A DNA stretch of 64,000 nt from a virus (IMGVR_UViG_3300005613_000035:17189-81188); one strand, 5' to 3'. Counted from the first letter of the stretch, positions 49,393 to 58,914 are shown. The notes: generated from the letters alone by a model not told the origin. A program made the numbers and translations.

Positions 49393-50847
49393 TTACCATA
49401 ATTTTCTTTGTTTGGTTTCTTTCTCAATTCTCGGTATTCCAATGTCGTCAATATATTCTTTCGACAACTCAATCATTACAAATTTCCGACCTAATTTATG
49501 CGCTACGATTGCCGTTGTCATCGCGCCCCCAAAGGGATCAAGTATGGTGCATGGTGTTTTGTCGGCTTTGCATTTGCAAGTGGGTTGCCAGCTGGTTGTT
49601 TTGATTGTTGGAGGCTTCCATCCCGTACTATCAACTTTTGTTGTGCAATTGTTTGGAACATGGCATTTTTCTCTTTTTTTATAATTTGCTTTATAATCCA
49701 CAACTCGCTCAAAGGGCGCGCCACACTCAACACAACAACCCCGCTCGCTGGTTCCGGCAAGGATCGCAACCTCTGGAATGCGGGGTGGAAATACAGCATA
49801 ATGTGCCTTTGCAAATCCTTTCGGATTAATGTCAAGTCCCACAAGCTCATCACCGGCAAATATCGCACCAAAAGGCGGTTCTAAGGATTCAAAGAATAGG
49901 TCTGTGTTGCGGAAGTTGCGGGAACTAACATCACTAGTTGGACAATATTTTCGCCAATCTTTATATGAGCCCTGTTTTTTAAGTCTTTCATTACAAGAAT
50001 ATTCCTGCAAATCTTTGTCTTTCCATCCGACATTAGCTATTCTTTGAGGTTTTTTCCGAATTGCCTCCATATCAAAATAATATTTCTGACTTTTCGTAAG
50101 CAGAAAAACATACTCCAAAGCGGAGGCTGGGCGATCCTTTGCACTGGACGGCATGGCAGACCTCTTAATCCACGGCATTGCAGACCGCAACCACCAACCG
50201 TTGGCCTGAAGAGCAAGAGCGAGCCTCCACGGCATGCCGCATAGATCTTTGGGTTTGAAGCCTGAAATAGCAGTATTTGCTGCCCTCTTTCCTGCCCATC
50301 CAGTTAAACCACCACCATTATAGCCAGCTTCTTTATTATCTTTAATGATTTTATTCGCTTCTTTTTCGGTTGAATGTTTCCCGCCAGACTGAGCATAACT
50401 ATCACCTATATTAATCCAACAACTTCCATCCTTCCGAAGCACCCTCCGCACTTCCCGGAATATTTCAACCATGTGCTGAATATACAAATCAATTGTCGGT
50501 TCGAGTCCAAGGCACCCCTTCCAGGCTCCGCAGATTTGGCAGAAATTAGACTCTATAGGTTTCCCGGATCTTAAAGAAGTTCCTTGTTGATTTATGTTCC
50601 CAGTATTTGGCATATTATCAGGTTTGTTTGGATGTTTTGTTGCTTGATAATGAATTTTCCAAACATGCTCACAAACGTCCGGCGGCTCAGAATCCCAAAT
50701 TGTGGATGGTAAATTATAGTTTCGGAGGCCCCAATATGGAGGCGAGGTCACAACACAATGAACACTTGCATCCGGCATCTTCCTTAAAACGTCAAGTACA
50801 TGGCCTTGATATATTTTGTTGTTGTCTTGTTTCCAGTACGGTTTCAT
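49393..50847 (-). CDS. N4-C/N6-A DNA methyltransferase (beta class)
   Basis: VVTSPPY, RVLRKDG, HYAVFP, ILDPFGGAMTT, IEL. Confidence 0.92.
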   Translation of the reverse strand: MKPYWKQDNNKIYQGHVLDVLRKMPDASVHCVVTSPPYWGLRNYNLPSTIWDSEPPDVCEHVWKIHYQATKHPNKPDNMPNTGNINQQGTSLRSGKPIESNFCQICGAWKGCLGLEPTIDLYIQHMVEIFREVRRVLRKDGSCWINIGDSYAQSGGKHSTEKEANKIIKDNKEAGYNGGGLTGWAGKRAANTAISGFKPKDLCGMPWRLALALQANGWWLRSAMPWIKRSAMPSSAKDRPASALEYVFLLTKSQKYYFDMEAIRKKPQRIANVGWKDKDLQEYSCNERLKKQGSYKDWRKYCPTSDVSSRNFRNTDLFFESLEPPFGAIFAGDELVGLDINPKGFAKAHYAVFPPRIPEVAILAGTSERGCCVECGAPFERVVDYKANYKKREKCHVPNNCTTKVDSTGWKPPTIKTTSWQPTCKCKADKTPCTILDPFGGAMTTAIVAHKLGRKFVMIELSKEYIDDIGIPRIEKETKQRKLW

Positions 50848-51872
50848 ATTTTTAGATCCTCATCCTTACTTATTACAACTTCATTTTTTTCATCATACCA
50901 ATCAGGATATGAATTAAAGTCAAGCTCTGGATATTCTGTTAACTTACTTTCTATATCATGCTCTGAGAATTTGGCATCCTTATACTTAACTGTAACTTGC
51001 CTAAACGCATTAAATTCTGTTTTATTGTTAGGCTTTAGGTAGTTTCTATCTACTAGCAACCTTGCATACCCCCCGTAGTATGGTATATTTCCTGTATAAT
51101 AATGGGGAAACACTACTCTTCTAAAGTTAGGACCGCTTCTGGTTTTAATTATTTGTACCTTAATCCATCCACCAATTATTTCATCCCCTCTATTTGCATC
51201 CTTTATTTCTCGTATATCATCAAGACTTAATCTATAAGATGTGTAAAACTTTACGCCTTCTCCAGACGTTACAGTTTCGTTACTACCAAATAGAACGCCA
51301 ACCTTGAATGTTCTGTGATTAGAAAATATTAATATAGTTTTTTTATCTACTTTTGGTAGTAATTTTCTAAACATTCTGTGTACTTGCTGAGGTTTTTTAC
51401 CCATATCAGCTTTATCAACCTTACTTGGATCATCAAAAGATGCTATTGAATCTATAGCTATAACCTTATATCTATCTTTAGGTAATGCTTCCAACATATC
51501 AAATATAAATTGTGTGCCGTGCCTAACCTCTGCTATATCTTGTGGATCTGCTAAGTATACCTTATCAAGATCAACTCCTAACGATTGTGCTCTATCATTA
51601 TACCAAGCTTTTTCTCTATCAAGCCAGAGTCCTATAGCATCATACTTTTGTTGAGCATCCGCAAGAATTTTTTGCATCAAAGTTGTCTTACCCGAACCAC
51701 TACCCCCAGATAGCTCCACAGCATATCCCCAAGCAATACCACCATCTAATGCTAAATCTAATGTTTTATTACCTGTAGAGATATACTCTTTAACTCCAGA
51801 ATCAGACCCCGCAATCTTTAATGTTCCATACGTGCTTTTTAATTTTTCAACTACTTTATCTAGTTTTCCCAT
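50844..51872 (-). CDS. recA: RecA/UvsX-like recombinase
   Basis: ISTG...LD.AL.GG, GGSGSGKTT, IDSIA, G.GVKFY.S.R. Confidence 0.85.
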   Translation of the reverse strand: MGKLDKVVEKLKSTYGTLKIAGSDSGVKEYISTGNKTLDLALDGGIAWGYAVELSGGSGSGKTTLMQKILADAQQKYDAIGLWLDREKAWYNDRAQSLGVDLDKVYLADPQDIAEVRHGTQFIFDMLEALPKDRYKVIAIDSIASFDDPSKVDKADMGKKPQQVHRMFRKLLPKVDKKTILIFSNHRTFKVGVLFGSNETVTSGEGVKFYTSYRLSLDDIREIKDANRGDEIIGGWIKVQIIKTRSGPNFRRVVFPHYYTGNIPYYGGYARLLVDRNYLKPNNKTEFNAFRQVTVKYKDAKFSEHDIESKLTEYPELDFNSYPDWYDEKNEVVISKDEDLKI

Positions 51873-51886
51873 ATTCTTACCTCTTA

Positions 51887-52081
51887 TTACATAGTAAGTG
51901 CCATTCTACTATACTTTACTAAATCAGTTATTATACCAACTGCATCTTCTTTAGAATACAGTTTTTTAGTCCTGAATATCACGTCACAATTTGGATTTTC
52001 ACAACCACCAGCAAACTTTTCTTTATCCATTATTGATGGTATAGCTGTCAATCTACCTCCACAAAATGGGCATCTTATCAT
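51887..52081 (-). CDS. Small Zn-ribbon (Lar-like) protein
   Basis: CPFCGG and C.N..C. Confidence 0.55.
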   Translation of the reverse strand: MIRCPFCGGRLTAIPSIMDKEKFAGGCENPNCDVIFRTKKLYSKEDAVGIITDLVKYSRMALTM

Positions 52082-52180
52082 TTCTTCTTCTCCTTAATAT
52101 AAATTATTTCAACAACTTCCTTTAGTAGAGATTTGAGTGTTCTCGCCAATATTTTCCTGATTATAATTCATATTTCCTCA

Positions 52181-52480
52181 TCACACCATCGAATGATTTC
52201 TTTCTGACAAGGGGCCTATATCGTTTTTATTTTCCACCAACTCACCAAAAGTGTTTAGGAACATCTCCAAATCAGTTAAGTTTGTCGAAAATGCTTTGCA
52301 ATACAGAGTAGCAATTCCATGATGTTCTATTTCATTACCCCTAATATTTATTATTTTTATTCCTGTTCTATCTTGACATTTTCCATCTATAAATTCTTTT
52401 CCCATTAATGCATCTTTTCCATATTTACGATAATATTCGATAAGTTTCATTTTAACAACTCCTCTTTCATTATTTATCAT
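52181..52480 (-). CDS. Hypothetical protein
   Basis: ORF track. Confidence 0.55.
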   Translation of the reverse strand: MINNERGVVKMKLIEYYRKYGKDALMGKEFIDGKCQDRTGIKIINIRGNEIEHHGIATLYCKAFSTNLTDLEMFLNTFGELVENKNDIGPLSERNHSMV

Positions 52481-53141
52481 TTCTTCTTCTCCTTAATTTT
52501 CTTAAAGTTTTTATAACAATATAGCTTTCCTGCTCTTACACCAAAACATGATTTACAGGGTTCTTCATTGTGCTTTTTATTATAAAATTTACAGGTAGTA
52601 CATGATTCCGTTCTTTCTTTACCCATTTTATGCAACCTCCTTAAGTACGGATATTGCAATTGTAAATGTAAATCTTTCACAACATGCCGGACAAGATATA
52701 TGTTTTACTGTTTCAAGTCCTATTTCTATTGGTAATGCAATGTCCCACCCAAACCCACAAGTTGGACAATAGAATAAAATTTTACTTTTTTGCATTATAT
52801 TTCACCCTTATTTTTCCCAATCAATATTTGTCTTAAGTAACCTGGCTACTGTGTCTATAAAAAACCTTAGAGTCTCTGTCATTCGTTCTATTGCTACTGC
52901 AAAACGATTCATAGCCTTTGTTGCATCTTTTATATTTTGGTCTTTTATCATGACTTCAAATTCCTCTATATTATACAAATTAAAACACCAATTATAACAC
53001 CAACTATTAGATAAATAAACTCATTACTCTTTAAAAGTGGTCTTTCTGCAGCCTTCTGCAAAATATACTTTCTATCCGTAGCAGATATATCAAGTCCTGT
53101 CAATTGTTTTTCCCACCATTCAATTCCAGCTATAAACTCCT

Positions 53142-54068
53142 TCATTTCATAATCAAGTACGCCTTGAATACACCAACTATCAAGCCTGCTTTATCCAAGA
53201 ATGTTGATGTATTAAAAGCATCAAATATATCTACTAATTTCTTACCTTCAACATCTACATTAGATAAAAAGTCTGAAGTCAATCTGTATGCTATAATATT
53301 CATAATAGCACTACGTATGTTATCAGGGCTTTTTACTTTAAGTAGGTTGGTTAAGTACCCTTTTATCTCTTTCCAAGGCTTCTTGCCTACTATCATTTTA
53401 GCCAGTACTAATACATCTTCTTCCTCACCAATAGCGTTTAGTTCAAGTAGATATTCAATATCACTTTCTTTTGCATCAATTACAAGTGGTATAGAGGTTA
53501 ATATCTTTCGTGGTATCCCGTCGCACTTGGTAACTATTTGAGTCTTTATATATTTAGATAGAACAATACCCTCTTTCTTGCAAATATTATTCAAGAATCG
53601 CATACTTGTGCTTTCATCTAATGTTTTAGTTTTAAACCTTACCATTCTATCGAGTAGCATAGGTTCTATGTTTTCAGATTTAGATGAACACATAATAACC
53701 ATAACATTTTTTGGCAAATTTTCAAATGGTATTAAAAATTCGTTGATAGCTTTGTTAGATAATAGCTGTGGCTCATCAAATATATAGGCTTTTTTGGAGC
53801 CGAATATGTTTGATCTTCTAAAGTCATCTACGTAGTCACGCATCTCTGATACAGTTGAAGTATGCCCACAATTAACATGAGCCATAGCTTCTTTTATACC
53901 ACATGTAAATTGGTTAGCTAATATTAATGCAAGAGTAGTTTTACCCGTACCCCTTACACCACTTAGTAGTATAGCTCTACCCTGAAGATTAGTAGATTTT
54001 AATCTTTCTATTATATGCTCCTGACCTATCACGTCATCCCAACAAATCGGTCTATGTTTTATATGCAT
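53142..54068 (-). CDS. Clamp-loader AAA+ subunit (DnaX/RFC-like)
   Basis: KHRP..WDDVIGQ, GVRGTGKTT, FDE, L.DR, G.PR. Confidence 0.85.
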   Translation of the reverse strand: MHIKHRPICWDDVIGQEHIIERLKSTNLQGRAILLSGVRGTGKTTLALILANQFTCGIKEAMAHVNCGHTSTVSEMRDYVDDFRRSNIFGSKKAYIFDEPQLLSNKAINEFLIPFENLPKNVMVIMCSSKSENIEPMLLDRMVRFKTKTLDESTSMRFLNNICKKEGIVLSKYIKTQIVTKCDGIPRKILTSIPLVIDAKESDIEYLLELNAIGEEEDVLVLAKMIVGKKPWKEIKGYLTNLLKVKSPDNIRSAIMNIIAYRLTSDFLSNVDVEGKKLVDIFDAFNTSTFLDKAGLIVGVFKAYLIMK

Positions 54069-54081
54069 AAATTATTCCTTA

Positions 54082-54600
54082 TTAATATGAATCCAAAACT
54101 TCTCCAGTATAAGGATAAACATCGTATACTTTAGCCTCTAAAATAATTACACCTTTAGCCAAAATCTTACTTTTTATTTTGTTATTTATTAAAAAATTTC
54201 TTATATACAACAGATCCTTATTACTACTTACTAGTAAAATTAAGTTATCAGAATCCCTTAAACTTTTAAGTATTTGTAATTTCTTCTTTGAAATCAAGTC
54301 CTTACTTTGTACAAAACAAATTAAACTACTTGCTATTGTTTTACTAGCATAAGTAATATCTGAAATTACTATTGAAACATACATTCCTTCAATTAAAAGT
54401 CTTGAAACTAAAAAATTTAGTGAGTCTATATTACTTGCTATATCTCCATATAAAATTACATCTCGTAAACCATAACCAATAATTGAATTATAAAACTCGT
54501 TAATACTTTCTGCAATAGAATCGGATCTTTCAAATTCTACAAATAGAGATACAGGTAACATACTACCTATGTTTTCATTATAATCTATAGTACAAATCAT
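54082..54600 (-). CDS. Hypothetical protein (possibly degenerate QueE/radical-SAM-like fold, no CxxxCxxC)
   Basis: Weak resemblance only. Confidence 0.4.
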   Translation of the reverse strand: MICTIDYNENIGSMLPVSLFVEFERSDSIAESINEFYNSIIGYGLRDVILYGDIASNIDSLNFLVSRLLIEGMYVSIVISDITYASKTIASSLICFVQSKDLISKKKLQILKSLRDSDNLILLVSSNKDLLYIRNFLINNKIKSKILAKGVIILEAKVYDVYPYTGEVLDSY

Positions 54601-54614
54601 GATAACCTCTTATG

Positions 54615-54649
54615 ATATAGAGTAGTCTTTATATAAGACTACTCTATAT
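54615..54649. terminator. 15-bp perfect hairpin after the SSB-like gene (terminator or processing site)
   Basis: ATATAGAGTAGTCTT-tatat-AAGACTACTCTATAT. Confidence 0.65.
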
Positions 54650-54657
54650 TCCAATAT

Positions 54658-55635
54658 TTATTTCTTCATAACTTCCTTACCACACTGTTTGAAAAATGGG
54701 CAATCTTCTTTACAACTAAGATCTACCTCACCAGTTTCTGGATCTGGTGAACCATCATCAAAAAAATTAGCCATGCCAAAACATTTTGGCTTCTCAACCT
54801 TTTTATTTTCTACAGGTTTTGCGGCTTTATCTTCTACTTTATCTGGTATAAATGGAAGTTCCACACTCTTGTTTTCTCGCTTAGAGGATGTTGGTACTTC
54901 ATCTGATGTTTCAGGAGCACCTTTCCAATTAAGAGGTGCTTTACCATCAACTTGATCTTGAGTTACCTCCCAATGTCTAACTACTGGAACAATCCAACAA
55001 TCTCTATCTCCAACTTCAAATGATACTGGAGGCATAATTCTAAACGTTATAGTTTCTCCTTCCTTCATGTATTTTGAAATATCTACATAGTTATCACTAC
55101 CAGTCAAATCATCATCCTTAAGCATTTCTATAATATTTCTTAAATCTACAACATTTTTCCATACTTCTTCAGAAACCTCCCAATCTGCTTTTTCAAGTTC
55201 AGGACTCATGGAGTAGGTTGGATACCCGTCTACCTTTGTCTTAGTACACATCATCATCCTACCCATTCCAGCATGAGGATGACAGATATCTGTCCAACCT
55301 TTGTTTCTCATACCATCTTTGATTTGATTTCCAGCTTTTTCACCGATTTTAAAAATAACTGATTTAGTCTTATCATCAGGAAATACTACATTAAGAAACC
55401 AATTCAGCTTCCCTTTCTTTTTTCCAGCCCACTTTCTGGCAGGATGATTCTCATAAGGTTTTCCAGGAAAGTTAGCGTATATCTCTGTTGAAATATACTC
55501 ACATACATGACACACACCCTCCATACCTTTATTGAGTTTAGGACATAGTATTCCAGATGTTCCTTTTATAACCTTGCTTTCAATTCTGTTAATGTCGTCT
55601 TCTGTAATCATAAATGGATCTACTTTTTTGCTCAT
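54658..55635 (-). CDS. Putative gp32-like ssDNA-binding protein
   Basis: CP.......C.VC Zn motif, OB-like core, acidic flexible tail; replication context. Confidence 0.55.
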   Translation of the reverse strand: MSKKVDPFMITEDDINRIESKVIKGTSGILCPKLNKGMEGVCHVCEYISTEIYANFPGKPYENHPARKWAGKKKGKLNWFLNVVFPDDKTKSVIFKIGEKAGNQIKDGMRNKGWTDICHPHAGMGRMMMCTKTKVDGYPTYSMSPELEKADWEVSEEVWKNVVDLRNIIEMLKDDDLTGSDNYVDISKYMKEGETITFRIMPPVSFEVGDRDCWIVPVVRHWEVTQDQVDGKAPLNWKGAPETSDEVPTSSKRENKSVELPFIPDKVEDKAAKPVENKKVEKPKCFGMANFFDDGSPDPETGEVDLSCKEDCPFFKQCGKEVMKK

Positions 55636-55711
55636 TATTCATTCTCCTTTTTAGTTAAATAGTGTTTTATTTTATTCTTTCTTTAAAAACTAACATATTT
55701 AAACATTAATG

Positions 55712-55897
55712 TCAACAAGTATTTTTTATTTTTTCAATAATTTCTTTTTCCTTAGCCATAACCATATTATACAAACGTTTAGTAGTTGGTAACATCACGT
55801 TTACAATGTATTCTTTACCATCACAATCAATATGATAATCAATATCTATAGATATCTCCATATTATATGTATACTGTCCTGATTTTATTTTATTCAA
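55712..55897 (-). CDS. Small hypothetical protein
   Basis: ORF track. Confidence 0.45.
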   Translation of the reverse strand: MNKIKSGQYTYNMEISIDIDYHIDCDGKEYIVNVMLPTTKRLYNMVMAKEKEIIEKIKNTC

Positions 55898-55922
55898 TTT
55901 AAACCTTTCTTCAAGCTATCCA

Positions 55923-56408
55923 TTAATCCCACCAAGTTAAAATATGTTTATTCAAAATTTTAAATAGGTACTCAAGATCTTGTTTTAAAAGCATATTTGC
56001 GTGTTCTGAACATCTACGGAATTCCTTTCCCTCCTGTATCTCATCCTCCTTTGTTAAAACTTTATCTCTGGTTAATATCAACTCGCACAAATCTGGATCT
56101 TCAGTATCTTTCCAACTGATATTAATGTCCCCCCATTTTTTGTTGTGGACATTCCAACATGAGTATGAATCTTTGCATATTCTATCAATCAGAATTCTAC
56201 AAATCTTCATCTTTTTTGCATGCCTATTAGCATGTACGCCTATAGATTTTTCTGATCCAAAATATTCCTCCATACTTTTTAACTTGAATCTTAGTATCCC
56301 AAACAAATATAGATAATCCCAATCTCTATCCCTCCATAGTATCGGTAGCCAAGACCACAATCTTTTTATAAACTCTCCTATTTTGTGTATTAATAGCATA
56401 ATTATCAC
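55923..56408 (-). CDS. Conserved phage hypothetical protein
   Basis: W.P..W.DRDWD and terminal WWD motifs. Confidence 0.7.
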   Translation of the reverse strand: MIIMLLIHKIGEFIKRLWSWLPILWRDRDWDYLYLFGILRFKLKSMEEYFGSEKSIGVHANRHAKKMKICRILIDRICKDSYSCWNVHNKKWGDINISWKDTEDPDLCELILTRDKVLTKEDEIQEGKEFRRCSEHANMLLKQDLEYLFKILNKHILTWWD

Positions 56409-56439
56409 CTTACAAAATCTTTATATTTAATTTTGGTAA

Positions 56440-56802
56440 TTATTTAGCAACTGCTAAATCCCCCATTTCCTTCTTGATTCTATCAATTACATATTCTGGT
56501 ACGTTGTACCCTACTTTTCTTAAGTGCAACACACGGTTTAAGAAAGATACTAAATCAGGATCATTAAAACGTTCGCCATCATATTTAAGCCCAATAGGTT
56601 TCAATTCAGCAGTGTCTAAGAAATACATTTGTTCATCATGTAGTTTCCAATACTCATTATCTGGTACTGACCCAAATGCTGGCAACTTAGGAACATTCTT
56701 ATGTCTCATTTCTGCAACCCAAGTTGTAAAGCCCCCACTACAATCAGCATAACAATACAGGTCACAGTTCCAATTGTCTGATGACCATCTACAATAACTC
56801 AT
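56440..56802 (-). CDS. Hypothetical protein
   Basis: MSYCRWS...CDLY.Y, GYNVP motif. Confidence 0.7.
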   Translation of the reverse strand: MSYCRWSSDNWNCDLYCYADCSGGFTTWVAEMRHKNVPKLPAFGSVPDNEYWKLHDEQMYFLDTAELKPIGLKYDGERFNDPDLVSFLNRVLHLRKVGYNVPEYVIDRIKKEMGDLAVAK

Positions 56803-57208
56803 AGTTACTCCCTTCTATTTTAGGTTAATGATTTACTTCTTTAGCTTAGAGGCAGAACCCCCTTTTGTATGATATAAGAAGAAAATATCAGTACATGAGT
56901 TCCAAAACTACAAACGAAGATTGTCTAATCACAACATGAAAGGATGAGGAAACTGTCAAAGGAACACCCTTAGTTAAACCTCATGTAGAGGTCATCAATT
57001 TTTTATCAGAGGTTGTGATTAAATAAGCGTCTCTTCTATAATACCAGGCTCTTTTGTTTCAGCCTCGTGCATTGTCGGGTTCTTTTAGACAGTTTAACGA
57101 TGCAGTATAGTGACTTATCTGGAGCCTAATATCCAACTTTTGTATACAAATGTTACCCAGGTAAGGACACTGCGGTGTAGATGCATACTTTCTGATGTTG
57201 GCTGGGAG

Positions 57209-57248
57209 TGTTTGCTCTTATTATCTTGGAATATAATAAGAGCAAACA
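57209..57248. terminator. 16-bp perfect hairpin downstream of the HTH gene
   Basis: TGTTTGCTCTTATTAT-8 nt-ATAATAAGAGCAAACA. Confidence 0.7.
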
Positions 57249-57256
57249 TATAATTG

Positions 57257-57430
57257 TCAATATCTATCTATTTGATATTTAGAAATTCTATACCTAAAGG
57301 ATCTAAAGGATAACCCAAGAAGTTTAGCTGCTTTTTTCTTTTTACCATATGTTTTAGCTAAAGCCTTTTTAATGTAAGCTATTTCTATAGCCTTTAGTAT
57401 TTCATTAAGGTTAGTAGGTAATTCGTCCAT
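57257..57430 (-). CDS. Stand-alone Fis/HTH_8 DNA-binding protein resembling the PilR/NtrC C-terminal domain (57 aa, not in ORF track)
   Basis: MDELPTNLNEILKAIEIAYIKKALAKTYGKKKKAAKLLGLSFRSFRYRISKYQIDRY; SD AAGGAGGTG. Confidence 0.85.
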   Translation of the reverse strand: MDELPTNLNEILKAIEIAYIKKALAKTYGKKKKAAKLLGLSFRSFRYRISKYQIDRY

Positions 57431-57453
57431 CAGTTGTTCACCTCCTTTTATAT

Positions 57454-57470
57454 AGCAAGTTTTATGCCAA
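57454..57470 (-). promoter_or_regulatory. Sigma-54 (-24/-12) promoter
   Basis: TTGGCATAAAACTTGCT = TGGCA-N6-TTGC with exact GG-N10-GC spacing. Confidence 0.7.
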
Positions 57471-57556
57471 CATAAGAAAAATTATAATATTGTAGCTATG
57501 TTACTATTATTATTGTATAAATAGGTGCATAGCTTCTATCAGTTGCTTTAGTTATT

Positions 57557-57696
57557 TATACCCAAAACTGTCAATGTTTTTAATATTTGCTGGTATTTTA
57601 AGCATAGTACAACATCTAAGATATTGTAATTGTTATATATAACTCCCATTTTACCAAAATTGTCAATTTTAGAGGCTATTGACCAAAACTGTCAAT
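57557..57696. promoter_or_regulatory. Three putative enhancer/operator boxes
   Basis: CCAAAAYTGTCAAT at 57562, 57654 and 57683; the third is a palindrome ATTGAC-N7-GTCAAT (57678-57696). Confidence 0.65.
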
Positions 57697-57720
57697 TCTT
57701 TACTTTTTTCTACCTCCTTT

Positions 57721-58158
57721 TTATTTAGTTGGTAGTTCAATGTTTCTGGAAGTATCTGTCTTATATATAGGTTCATCACTATACATAAACTTTTCCTCAA
57801 ATCTAGCTATTCTTTCTAACATAGCTTTTCTATCATACATACCAGTAACTCTACCTTTTAGTATTAGTTCTTGTTCAACAGCTTCATTCAATTTTTTAGC
57901 TATTAGTTGCCACCTTGAGTCTAATTGTACTTCTGCTCTCCTAATTTCTTGTTTAGCACTCGGTGGTACTTTTCTTACATTACATATTTCAGCAACAATT
58001 TGTGCTGTTACAATTTCCAATTCCATTCTAAGATCATCAACTCTTTTATTAGCTTTTGCATACAAGCTATGAGCTTCTCCAACTTCTTCAGGATGCTTCT
58101 TCAACAGTTCCATCAGTTCATAAGCATTACTGTAATTAATACGTAAGCTGTTCCCCAT
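57721..58158 (-). CDS. Coiled-coil protein, possibly UvsY-like recombination mediator
   Basis: Helical ~145 aa with a RKAML-type motif; genome encodes RecA and a gp32-like SSB. Confidence 0.4.
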   Translation of the reverse strand: MGNSLRINYSNAYELMELLKKHPEEVGEAHSLYAKANKRVDDLRMELEIVTAQIVAEICNVRKVPPSAKQEIRRAEVQLDSRWQLIAKKLNEAVEQELILKGRVTGMYDRKAMLERIARFEEKFMYSDEPIYKTDTSRNIELPTK

Positions 58159-58219
58159 AATTAACCTCCTTATTTTTGGATTACCTCGGTAAGATCCTGG
58201 ATTGATTTTAGTATTTTAG

Positions 58220-58657
58220 TCATTTTATAATAAAAGTTGCAGCTGCTTCTGGTACTGGTTTTTCCAAGCAGAACTGGGCCTTAGCACATAATTCCTTTTC
58301 CAGATCTCCAAGCAATGTAATAGTGTCTGGTTTAGCAATGAGAAGGAAGAGTTTTTCAAGATTCATAGCCACTTTATATTCCTCAATCTCTGCCTCGGCT
58401 TTAATAGCCCGATCTCTCCATATATCTGATTGAAATTGCAGGTCCCTCATATTGTCCTTCTTACCTGGTATTCCCCAGATGATCTGATAAACACCGACCA
58501 CGCAAAAAAACATTATCAATACAGATAATATTGTTCCAATCCCACAAATCCACCTTACTGAGTTATCCATTTTCGGTAACATAACATTGTCATAATTAGT
58601 TTCCATTTTTACCTCCTTAGATTTCTTTGAAATTAGCTGGTTATGCTGTCTTCCCAC
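58220..58657 (-). CDS. Membrane-anchored hypothetical protein
   Basis: One TM segment plus coiled coil. Confidence 0.55.
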   Translation of the reverse strand: MGRQHNQLISKKSKEVKMETNYDNVMLPKMDNSVRWICGIGTILSVLIMFFCVVGVYQIIWGIPGKKDNMRDLQFQSDIWRDRAIKAEAEIEEYKVAMNLEKLFLLIAKPDTITLLGDLEKELCAKAQFCLEKPVPEAAATFIIK

Positions 58658-58914
58658 TGCATCGGTTCGCCACTCATGGCTAATTCGATTGATTCCAAAA
58701 GCACCGTAATAAAACGAATTGGATATTTTGACGCTATTTTTTGTACTTCATTTATGATTGTTTGCTCATCAAGATCAAATCGCAACATTCTTAACTGGTT
58801 TATTTTTTGTACTTCATTTACGATTGTTTGCTCATCAAGATCAAATCGCAACATTCTTAACTGGTTTATTTTTCGCTGACGCTGATATTCCGCCATTGCG
58901 ATACATCCTTCCAT
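58633..58914 (-). CDS. Hypothetical protein with 22-aa tandem duplication
   Basis: KINQLRMLRFDLDEQTI.NEVQ twice. Confidence 0.6.
   Translation of the reverse strand: MEGCIAMAEYQRQRKINQLRMLRFDLDEQTIVNEVQKINQLRMLRFDLDEQTIINEVQKIASKYPIRFITVLLESIELAMSGEPMQWEDSITS
58736..58872. repeat. 66-nt tandem duplication (1 mismatch)
   Basis: Copies start at 58736 and 58802. Confidence 0.9.

Noticed and set aside
54082-54600. 7-deazaguanine DNA modification pathway (QueE-like gene)
   Set aside because: No radical-SAM Cys motif, and no folE/queC/queD/dpdA visible in the window
56895-57026. Small + strand ORF with in-frame TGA (selenoprotein or readthrough)
   Set aside because: No SD, no recognisable Sec context; easily explained by chance
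57557-57696. CRISPR array or tandem sigma-70 promoters
   Set aside because: Repeats are 14 bp with irregular spacing; the TTGACA hexamers lack well-spaced -10 boxes
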